A stretch of DNA of 64,000 nt from Dudresnaya verticillata (lineage: Eukaryota): contig OZ374560.1 of the NCBI GenBank assembly GCA_977862235.1, positions 2,852,001 through 2,916,000 on the forward strand, given 5' to 3'. A model generated the notes under the pieces. That model saw only the letters and a program-made list of their open reading frames with translations. It ran no database searches and was not told the DNA's origin. The translations under genes were made by a program, and so were the position numbers. Positions 44,889 to 55,446 of the stretch are shown piece after piece. The number at the start of each line of letters is the position of its first letter. Position 1 is the stretch's first letter.

Positions 44889-47800
44889 GCCGAAGATGGT
44901 CTCCCCGGGGGCGTTTCCTGAAGTCAGCCTTCAGTCTTGATGTTGAACTCAGCGCGCTGACGCCGCGGCGAATAAAAGTCAGTATTGCTGTTTCGTGCGA
45001 GTGTGTGTGGGGAGTGTGCAGGTAGGCGAGCTTTTTCGCAGGGATTCGCGAAGTTCGTGTGGTTATATGCTATTCAAGCGCTCGATTCGTCCCGCTTTGC
45101 GCGCGCTTTTCAGCTTTCGTGCGCGTGTGCCAGTCTTGACGCTCGTCGGAGAAGGCCGGTGGGGCGCGTACGCGTAGCCACTTCAGTGGGATGGCCTTGG
45201 TCAAACTTGGCCCCATCAGACTGTACATATTATGTGGGGCGGGGGGCCTCACACGCGCGCGCGCGCGTGGCGCCACTTGACGATGAACGGATCAACTGCG
45301 GATCAACTGCGTACGATATGGGGCAAGTCAGCCGGCCTGGAAACGGCTGCTCACGGTATTTCGGTTGCTCAAACAGCCCCAGAAAACGGGTCTCCCACAA
45401 GGGCCTACAACGCAGGTGCGGACTAGATTTTTTTCTTTTGGGCAGGCCTGGATGTAATTCGGAACGCATTTTTGCACAAGACTTGGTCGCGACCAAGTGA
45501 AACGCGCCTGAACACAAATGGGCTGTAATTGTCGTCCTGACAGGACAATAGGGCTGCGGCTACGTCCCAGCCACACCACCAATGCGTGGGGCCCTAATGA
45601 CGTGTCGACATTAAGGTTCCTCGGCCAAGTGCCCGGGCACTGAACCGCGGCTCACAGGCGTATGGGACAAATGCCGGTGCAGTTGTGCAATTCTGAATGC
45701 AACAGTCCAAAACCGCTTCAACATGACGAGCAGCGAGCTGGTCCCCGAGTAAGCATACTCTACACGCGACAGGCTGCAGCCTTTCTCTCTCATAATCGAT
45801 ACAGCAGCTGTCGCGAAGTTTTCCGAGTGCGTCTCTACGTGCTGCAACACGAATCATGATTCTCGGTGGAAAGTATACTTGTTGCTGCAATGCATTGCTT
45901 GACAAGCATGAATAGAAATTATCACATCCCTGCCCCGCAAAGTTTCGCGAAGCTTATCGGAGCGTCTCTGGTTTTTCTCACTCTCAGTCGATGGAAGGTA
46001 GCTCGGGTAGCTACGCGTTTCTACAAACGCAGCTGTGTGCAACCATGAATAGAAAATATGACACCCTATTGTCCTGCCCTGCAGGACCACACTATGGTTG
46101 TACAGCATACACATGTGCAAATCCCACAGTGTGGCATACATAGATCAAGCTGCACCGTATTGATATCAATGCATGCTGTTGTAACCAATGCTGGAGATAG
46201 CTCTTCGAAACACAGTCTTTGAGCTATGGATCGATAATTTCCGAACACTCAGTGTGCGACCAGTCTGGTCGTGGAAGGGACCTTTCCGGAAAGAAACTTG
46301 GCTTTCCTGCGCAACTTACTGCCTTCCATGGAATTGCACGTGAGCAAGCGGTACGCGTGTGGGCTAGGTCAACTGCGAAGGGCGGCTCGAGTTTCAACTC
46401 TGAATAGCTATTCTGTGAGACGTGTCTGGCGCGCGCGTATGCTCGCCTCTTCGAATCCCGGGATTGTTGGGCCCAACTGAACATGAACTCAGTCGCGGCT
46501 GGGTACGTATCCGTGGATGTCCCGTCGGGGCCCCGAACGATCGGTATCAGAGCATACAATACTTCGGTTCCATGGAAACACCCAAATGATATCACGCATG
46601 ATATCAGGCGTGGTTTATGCGTGCATGCCTGCTCAAAGTTGACGCAATTGCAAGTGCAACCTGTTCAAGGCCTTGGCCGGCCATGGCCTGCAATCCATGT
46701 GGCGAAAGTTTGTACCGCGGTACACTAGTGTACCGAGCTCGGAATAGAAATGTAAGTATACATTAGAGCGATGACTCCGGAGTCATGGCGGCCGCCATTC
46801 CATGACATCATGCGCAATGCAGGCGTATCGATAGGTTCTTTGCACGCACGCAATTACAATTGGGAGTGCACCGTCGGGGACCCACGGTGATCACCGTTTG
46901 CGATTCCACATAACGTCGTGTTCAATACGTTCAGTCGGAATAACTGTTCATTTCTAAGAGTACCTCTCGTGGGATTGCGTTTACGCGACTGCATGCTGGC
47001 CTGCGCGGAGAAGCTGCTAGGAGCTTTTGGCTTCCACATAGTTAGACTGATCCCAAAACCTTGGTAATAGCTATTCATTCAGCCTTCTGCGCCTTCTGCT
47101 GGAGATAACGACTTCTGTACGCAATTGACATTGTTCCAAATAGGGAGAGGTAGGGTGATGCGGGAGCAACAGAAGTCGAACGAAACATGCCTGCATGAGT
47201 TTGCGAATAGCTATTCGGGTAGAGATGGGCCCATACCGGTATGGTGAAGGATGAAGAGCGGAGGGAGTACGGGGAAGTGGCTCTTCGACTGCTTGGAGGG
47301 GTATTTGCCACACGCAGAAACGACAGACTGTACTAAGTATCCTATTTGTAGCCGTGCGAAGCCCATTTGTCCGAATTGAGCTCACCAGTTGCATGCTCCA
47401 GTTTGTAAGACAATATATGCAGAATTCTATTACTCTGAAATTTGCTTATTCTGTCTTGAGATATGCAGAAGGAGAAAGTCGTCCTATTCGGATTAGCTCT
47501 TGACTTTCGGTCGTAAGAAAATCAGCCATTCTATAAGGAAAAGTTTCTAGTTACATTTTCTCTATGCCAAGTCACAGTCTGGTGGGCACCTTCGTACAGT
47601 AACAAAACGTAATGTCAAAAAGAGTCTACATTGCTGTGAACGTACCATTGGTCTGCCACCCAAAACATTACAGAAACTTTCAGTCTTTGGGGAATAGTAT
47701 CCCGCTGCTCAGCCCGCGGGTTACTGAACCGTACTTTCAACGCGACCTTGCGGCTCTACAAGAGCAAAGGGCCACAATATTTCTTCGCACATACCCTATT

Positions 47801-48925
47801 TGAATGCTGTACATCTCGAATATCGCTTTACTTTTGCTTTTGGAGGACATTTGTTAACAGCTTTTGCTCTCAGAGGAAAGTGCCAGAACAAGTCCATGAC
47901 AACGTTCTATCTACATTTGCCAAAACCAAGAAGATGTCATGAACATGAAGTCTAAACTCTTTATGCAAAACAGGTCTAATGGGTTCCCGGAATACTTTTC
48001 TGCAAGTCTGTGCTATTGAAATGCTAAACTGAGCCTACAGTAACGATAGAAGTGCGTCTGCTTGGATTGTGTGAGCCCCTTATGTTCAGCAATAGACTAT
48101 TCCTTACATTTGCCGTCTTTTTCAATAGTTCTTGTTCCTAAGCCAACTCTAATCCCTGCTGAGTCTCTTCCCATGTTTTTTCTATACCCTAAAGCCTATT
48201 CACATCACAAAACGCGGCCGTCGTGATGGGGTTGATAGCATCCTGGGTGGGGAGGGGAGTTATGATAAGCTTTTCTGCTCACTGTTTCCGGGATGTTTTG
48301 CCGGTAATTGCACTACCACACTCACTCTGTACTGTTGAATTCAACGCGCCCTCGCACTACTGGGTGCCCCTCCCGCAAACCCCAACACAACCAAGCGAGA
48401 ACAAGAAGAGAAACTCTGAGAGTTGAGACTCAACACACCGCGCGGTTTCCGCGCAACCAACACAAAGCGTTCCATGAGTGGACTCACACCGCCGGCCCCA
48501 GCAATCGATTAGTCCCACGTGCGCGCGCGCTTCTTCTGTATACGTTATCTGAATAGCTATTCGTGCAAAGTTGACCTCCCAAGTCGTACGCAGACGTCTG
48601 AAACTCCCATACCTTGAAAGCGCAAACACTCAATCAAGGGATGAATTCTTCAGCAATCGTTATCCCGGATAACAGAACCACCACTGATGAGCAAGAGGCA
48701 ACAGTTCTTCACGGGTGTCTCACAGAATCTGAACACGCTGGCAACACCCGTGCCCTGGGAAAAGATATTCGATGACTGTTGAGAGAGTTAGACATTCTGC
48801 ATTGGACATTCACGGGAATATCTCAAACTTGCGCGCGCTTGCTCCAAACCGCATTCAGTTTTCCATCTCGGAGCGTCGAATGCGAGTGGCGCGGGACCAG
48901 GGGCATTTGATTTCTCGAGGCACAG

Positions 48926-51900
48926 TTGCGCGCGCGCCAGAATACCGTTAGTAAAACGGGGAGGGGATGCTTTCGTGCTATTAGAGCGTCCGTGAGACCA
49001 CGTGTTGAGAAACAAAGATGGAATAGAAAGGAATTTGTGAGCGAGGAAGAATGTTTGAAGAAAGCTGTGCATGTATGCTCACAGTTGCTGTCAAGGATCC
49101 ACCAACAGGACCAGTTGCACGTGTTGAAGGATATTCACTCGAAGAGTAGAGGGCGTTTCTGCGGAATAATGACATCGCTAATGCTAGAAGGCCTTGAGTA
49201 CTACGGCCATCTTGGTGTTCTGTGGCAGAGCATGGAAGGAAAGTCAGCAAAGGTTTTGTCAATCACAATTATCTTGGATGGCACTGAAATACGGGCAGTG
49301 TGTTCCTGTGACCCAATTGCACACAATGAATGTGAGCACGCAAAGGCATGTTTGGAGAACAGCCCGTTGTCAGGGTTTGTGCTGAATCAAATGGCTGAGC
49401 CGCGTCTTCACTCGCACAGCTTTGGAAAAGTTTTAACTTCTGACATTGACTTCCCGGTAGTGCAATTGATACCTACTTCATCGAATACAAGGTATGGATG
49501 GACAGTCTGGGTGGTGTTCGATGCTGGAAAAAGACTTTTCGTGCCTGTTTTGAGGAAACCGAAGAAGAGGTTTCAATGTCAGATGTGCCGACGCTCGCGT
49601 TACAAAAGAATGGCGTGCTCACATGAGCTTGCATGCTCTATTCATCTTCGGGATGTTCGAAGTTCTAGTCCCCGGGGACTACAGTCCTCAGGATATGATG
49701 AACCCACAAGGCAGCGCGGCAACATAACAATGGACACATGTGAGCTGGAGAAGTATTGTCCTATTCAGATTGAACGGCCACTTCCTTGCAAACGAGAAAC
49801 TGAAGAGATGAGAAAGCTCGCAAGGAGAATAGACAATATTCGAGCCGGGAAAGTCATGGTGTTGGTTGACTCACACCTTGTATGCGACACCTGCAGAGAA
49901 TTGCAATTCCAAGGGGTCCCTGTCGACCGCACCGCTACACTTTTCACGCTGTCTCAAGGGGCGGTAGAAGTCGTGGTTCGAGACCATAACTGTACTAGGT
50001 GTCGTAACTTCTTGGCGTACAAAGGCCTTGTTGATGCGGTTTTTCCTGTTCGAAAGCACTCATTGTACACGACTGAATTGTTGTACACAATTGCAGATGG
50101 AGTTTTCAACTTGGCAATTCCGATAAGACCGTCCTTTTCGTTCCTCAGCACAATTGCTCGTTCAGCAAGCAATGTAGAACGTTTGAACAAAAACTCGAAT
50201 AGCAAATCAATTCCTATGAGAAGGAGAATAAGGGAGGCTTTCGGGCTTTTCATGATGACTCTGAGCATAAACGATGCGAAGCAGTTGTTTTCATGCGAGA
50301 AGTGTGACGTTCCCCTGACTGCTGAGGATAGGAGGCTATTAGGAATATCACCGGAAAATTCTGCAGGCTTGACGAGATACAAGGGAGTCGTTATTGATGG
50401 CACCTCAGCCGGAATAATACAGAAGCTTCCAGACTATGACAGGGACCTCTTCGTTATGGAAGGGACTGCAACAAAGAGGCAAAGGCTTGTGACGTCCAGG
50501 GAAAGACGAACAGAAATAACTCTTTTCTGTCGGTGCGCTCGTCAAGCTATTCGAAACGCCTGTGTTACTGCCAATAGAGAGAGTGAAACTGTGTCATTTC
50601 TGCTCCCGGGTTTGGTGTCTGGGAAATACCTCGACATCATGCGCCTATACTTGGATTCATCCACCTGCTTTTGTGAAGAGAGGAATATTCATCGCAACGG
50701 CCATAGTCAAACGTGCCGCAACAAGCGGAGAAAGTATTCTTCTCAGACAGATACGTCTCAGTTTCAAAGGGTCCTTCAGGCAATCTTTGCCATTAGTTTG
50801 GAATTCAGACCTACGGATTCTGTTCAGGTCAAAGCCAAAGATGATTGCGAGGTCGAGGATCTTGAACTTTCTTCGGCGGATGAAAGTGACGGTAGTGATA
50901 TTGATACCCCGACCTCTCAATTCTACGCACGTGTTTCCCCGCATGCACAGATGCATCATGTGTCCCAGTTTCTTGATTCAGTTTTAGAGCTAATCGAGTT
51001 TTGCGCTTGCGAGCACTTGGCTCTGGTGTACATAATGCCAACTGCATCAGCCCCACTTACTTTCGACAACTCTCCTGGAAGCAAAGCTGAATTTCTTTCC
51101 GCAGGTATACCGAACAGTTCAATAGAGGGAATTGCTAGTGCATCTGTCAGTCTGCATGAGAAGTGTTGTGAAGAGCTCCAAAGGTTCTCAAGATGTCAGC
51201 ACTCCTCCGGTCCCGGTCTCGTTTGTGATGCTTGTATTGCAAGGCTGACTGTCCACGCCCGGAAGCTATGTGAAGTTAATCCGGTTCTATACAAGTTTTG
51301 TACGGAACTTATTCTTACAATCAATCGGGCGCGATCTCCTGGACAAAATTTGGCAAAGCTGGTCGCGGGACTCTGCTCTGAGCACCTTTCTGCAGCGAAG
51401 CAATTATTTTTGGACTTCGATGCCAACCGCCCTGAGACGACAAAGGCATACCATGAGCTGTACGGACGAGCAATTCCAGAAGAAGAAGCACATGAGCTGG
51501 ATCCTAAAGATACTGGGATATGCCTTCCTGGGCGTCCGAGGTATCGAAGGCTTGTAACATTCGACAAGAAGGAGCGTCACCACTGCTCTAAACAGTACCC
51601 GAGCTCGCAACGATTCAGTCCTGGAATATTAACTGTTCAATGCGTGTGCAGTCACCCCAAGTGCATAGGGTTCATTGTCGTGACGCAGCCGGAGTCAACA
51701 GCTCTTGCATTATCATCCGTGCTATCACACTTTAGGGTTCCCCCACACACTGTTTACTACGACGACGGATGCAACTTGATAACGTCTGCGTTAATGCGAG
51801 TTCCCTGGTTTCTTCATCTCTCACGCCTGATGGTTGATCGATTCCGCTACAGCGGTCACACATGTGGTCCATTCTTCGACGCAAACTATTACAAGTCGAA

Positions 51901-52258
51901 TGAAAACCAGCGGAGCACAGCAGCAGAGGCAATCAACTCGCGGTTGCAAAAGTCCGTCCCGTTCCTGCGATTTGTTAGTGGGACACATCTAGTCACATTC
52001 TTAACTTCTCGTCTAGCAATGCTCAATATAGCGTCCGCTGCACGGGAAAAGCTTGGAGTCGGCGACCTCGAAGACGTGAACTTGACGCAGTTCTATCAGA
52101 ATAACTACAGTTGCAGATGCGCCGCTTGCGGTCTACCGCCGAAGGAAGAGGATGTTGAGCTTCTGGAAGACATATCAGGAATACAACCTGCTGATTCCGG
52201 GCCGGAGAATTCAGATTCCTCCACTGATTCAGCGACGGGCTCGGATGTGGAATCATAG
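48926..52258 (+). CDS. KDZ (Kyakuja-Dileera-Zisupton)/HMGXB3-like transposase, ~1110 aa, start uncertain
   Basis: SWIM-like CSC-x7-CEH; Cys clusters; FSCEKC...VVIDGT; GILTVQCVCSHPKCIGF...ES...VYYDDGCNL...VDRFRYSGH.C...AAEAINS. VDRFR where VDRFH is usual. Recognised from motif memory, no HMM run. Confidence 0.8.
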   Translation: MRARQNTVSKTGRGCFRAIRASVRPRVEKQRWNRKEFVSEEECLKKAVHVCSQLLSRIHQQDQLHVLKDIHSKSRGRFCGIMTSLMLEGLEYYGHLGVLWQSMEGKSAKVLSITIILDGTEIRAVCSCDPIAHNECEHAKACLENSPLSGFVLNQMAEPRLHSHSFGKVLTSDIDFPVVQLIPTSSNTRYGWTVWVVFDAGKRLFVPVLRKPKKRFQCQMCRRSRYKRMACSHELACSIHLRDVRSSSPRGLQSSGYDEPTRQRGNITMDTCELEKYCPIQIERPLPCKRETEEMRKLARRIDNIRAGKVMVLVDSHLVCDTCRELQFQGVPVDRTATLFTLSQGAVEVVVRDHNCTRCRNFLAYKGLVDAVFPVRKHSLYTTELLYTIADGVFNLAIPIRPSFSFLSTIARSASNVERLNKNSNSKSIPMRRRIREAFGLFMMTLSINDAKQLFSCEKCDVPLTAEDRRLLGISPENSAGLTRYKGVVIDGTSAGIIQKLPDYDRDLFVMEGTATKRQRLVTSRERRTEITLFCRCARQAIRNACVTANRESETVSFLLPGLVSGKYLDIMRLYLDSSTCFCEERNIHRNGHSQTCRNKRRKYSSQTDTSQFQRVLQAIFAISLEFRPTDSVQVKAKDDCEVEDLELSSADESDGSDIDTPTSQFYARVSPHAQMHHVSQFLDSVLELIEFCACEHLALVYIMPTASAPLTFDNSPGSKAEFLSAGIPNSSIEGIASASVSLHEKCCEELQRFSRCQHSSGPGLVCDACIARLTVHARKLCEVNPVLYKFCTELILTINRARSPGQNLAKLVAGLCSEHLSAAKQLFLDFDANRPETTKAYHELYGRAIPEEEAHELDPKDTGICLPGRPRYRRLVTFDKKERHHCSKQYPSSQRFSPGILTVQCVCSHPKCIGFIVVTQPESTALALSSVLSHFRVPPHTVYYDDGCNLITSALMRVPWFLHLSRLMVDRFRYSGHTCGPFFDANYYKSNENQRSTAAEAINSRLQKSVPFLRFVSGTHLVTFLTSRLAMLNIASAAREKLGVGDLEDVNLTQFYQNNYSCRCAACGLPPKEEDVELLEDISGIQPADSGPENSDSSTDSATGSDVES

Positions 52259-53015
52259 AGTTGTGACAATATGTATCGAACTATTCAATTTGTGCATTGC
52301 TCGTCTCTGCCATGGAGAGCTCCCGGAGGTAAAGGTATTCCTTGTATATATTCACTCGCACGCTCGTTTGGAGACTCTCGACGAGTCACATGCCATGATA
52401 GGTATGCATCGGTTTCGGGTCCGTTGTGGTTCGTGTGTTGCGGTTCCAGGAAATGTTCTGACCTTTAAGCTTAAAGAGCTGGCTCTTCATGTTCGACAGG
52501 AGCTGGCAGGTCGACCTGCTGCATGAAGCATGGTTTCACGTCTACAGTGGGACTCCTGAATCATGCATGGTGAACAGCGCATTGTCAGGACCCGCGGGCC
52601 TGGATGAATCCAGATCAAGATCCAGATTACTGCTGTGATGGTGCCACGATACAACATCATGATCTCATAATTTGATCCTTTCTCAAGAAATGTGACCTAT
52701 ATTTGACCAGGAAATTTCCCGCGCGCGCGCAATTACGTTTGTGCACAAATGACATGTCGAAGCTCTGTGGAGAAGTTCATCCACTCCCCACCATAGTCCG
52801 TCCGTTCCTGAGCATCAGGTGGTTAACACTATTGCTCCACCCGTGCATTGCGGACATACAGAGCGCTTGACCACTCTCTGCGCTGCATCGCTTGGGTCAC
52901 CCTTCAACCAGCACTCAGGTTCGCCTTTTGTTCATTCAAGAGAAATTGAGAGCTCTCACGCCATTGCGTATACGCCAGAAGATCGAATAGCTATTCATAA
53001 CAGTATTTCCACGTC

Positions 53016-55446
53016 ATGGGGGATAATGAAGAGGACCTTAACAGTGACTCTATAAGGCGTGCCTTAGATCTTACCGCTGTTGGAACTGTTCCAGGGCTTG
53101 GTGGAGAAATCGTTGAAGTCGTGGAGAAGCTGAATGTAGCTCAGAGAAGATGGAAATCTGGGAGGCTACACCTCCTCATGGAGACGGAAGGTGCCGAAGC
53201 CATTGCATCTGGAACAACATCTTCTCAACGAGAGATATTCGTCCTATTCTCTCCGAGTATCGATTTCGCGAAGGAAAACGGCAGGAATATTACTAGAAAA
53301 CCGGCCAGTTCCATAACAATGTTTTCGTTTTCAAACAACCCAAGACGGGCGGGAGCATCCTGTTCACAAGTCCCACAGCAACATATAGAGCCGAGTGCCT
53401 TGCCAACAGAAGAGGATGGAGTGAAACTGATGAGAGCAGCATTGCAACGAGCCCAAGGCCCGAACTGGTTTCCAGGTACCAAGGCTTCTGGAGCAGGAAT
53501 AGGTATTCTCACCGTGGACATAGAAATATTCCAAAAGTTCATGGAGCTTCCAGTGGAGCATCTCGACAACCTGTACGACAACTTCGTCTTTGAAGGCTAT
53601 CAGGAGCTGAAGTCAAGGATGCTGAACTCAGACCCAAGAGCTAGGAGGATGCGCAAGCGAGAGGCTATGACGCCGCAATGGTTTCGCAAAAAAATGAAAG
53701 CTGGTGAGCTCGTGATTGATATTTTGGAACCACTTCTTCCTTCCAAACGAACGCTCAGAGACAAGAGGAAAAGTGCAAAGCAGTCAATGATATTATCGGC
53801 ATTCTACAAAAAGGAAAGTGAGTTTGCTAAGGACGTGTTGGATGTTATGCATTCCGTGGCACACACGTTGCCTAGTTACGACAAGATACAATTCGTCACA
53901 AACAATTCAACTCGTGACTCTGCCAGGCATACGGAAGAAGTAAGGGCTGAAGCGCTGCGAGATACAGAACAGTTACAACCGCCTGCAGAATCCAGGAGTG
54001 CCGAAGGGAATGAGACAATGGCTCCACCACTTGATACTGTAGCATTGGCGACGTCTGCAGCGTCCCAGCTACAGTCAATCTCGGCAAACGCGCACGCCGC
54101 TGGCCATGGGGTGGATAATCAATCATCGCCTTCCCCACGTTTTCCACAACAAAGTGTATCCAATGCTCCCCGCGCTATGGAAACCACTAGAACAGCTTCT
54201 CGTACAAGAAATGAACAAGACAAAAATACAGAGCAGTACCCGCGTCCTTCATCCTCACAGAAAACTATTCGTACTTCAACTCAACCTTCTGCACAAAGGC
54301 CTTCTGGAATAGAACAAGGCTCTGTAGCCCGGGAAATGGGTGCCAAACATATCACCCCACACAAAATGAATAGAGACACACGTGCGAATGAAATCAATTC
54401 GGACATACTGCAGGACGAAGAAGGGGTGGGTTAGGAGCATCAGGCAATCGACAAAAGTCTACCAGACTCAAGCTTGGGGAAGAGACCAGGTAACCACTCA
54501 GAACAACCATCCAGGGACGCGCTGGACCGCGGAAAAAGACGGAGAGGACGGGGTGAGCTCAGATAGTTTCGCAAGTGATATTCCAATCGCTCAGATCAGG
54601 CGTACACGTCGAAAACCGCGGAAGCATCGGCGCGTAGGCTTTCGAGAACGTTGTTTGAATATTCGGACAGCAATTGCAAACCCAATTAATGATCAAAGAA
54701 CCAAATCGTCATCTGTAACACACAATACTTGTGCACTGCCACCAGCATGCAATCCCTCCGAACAGTCTTCACCGCGTGCAATGATAGCTATTCAAAGTCT
54801 TGTCTCATCACCTCGACAAAAAACGAGCGAGCCTCCAAGTGCTGCTCCCGTGAGCAACGGAATAACCTTTGAAGCTGATATGGCAGATCAGCAAAGTATT
54901 CATAACAGTGCAAGTGTGGCCACAGAAAGGGCATCGGCAGGTTATGGTGACCTCATGACTATTATTAATAATGAAACCATACAAACGGCTGGAAATAACG
55001 CAGAAGCTTCTGCCCTAGGGACGGAACTTGCACCACCACTTGCCCCACTGTCGGAGCTAATGCAATTCAGCTCTAGTGATGATCAGCAAGACATTTCTGA
55101 TGAGGAAAGCAATTCAGATGAAGACAAGTTAAGAATGACAACGTTTCCCGATAAGAATGACCCTTTGTGCACAGCCAAGATGCTTGACGTCAAGATATAC
55201 TGTTCCACCGGAATTCTGTGCGAGTTCCGCTTCAGAAAAGAAACACAAGTTCCTGATCTTCTGAAAGACATTTGAAACATTTGCGGAGTAGTAGTTCACT
55301 ATTCATGTCAGGTCCTCAATGACCAAAAGCCTAAACGGGGAGCCATCTGCAAGCTTTGCCAGATGAAGATTGATTTCGGAGACTTCCATTACCTGAATGC
55401 TCGTTACAACACGCTTAGTAGAGACTTTCTGCAGTCAATGAGTTAA
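53016..55446 (+). pseudogene. Decayed gene downstream of the transposase with C-terminal PHD-like finger
   Basis: ORFs 53016-54434 and 54382-55275 overlap. Reading through TGA 55273-55275 gives CSTGILC...KDI*NICGVVVHYSC...ICKLC, with the stop at a Cys position; ends TAA 55444-55446. Confidence 0.6.
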
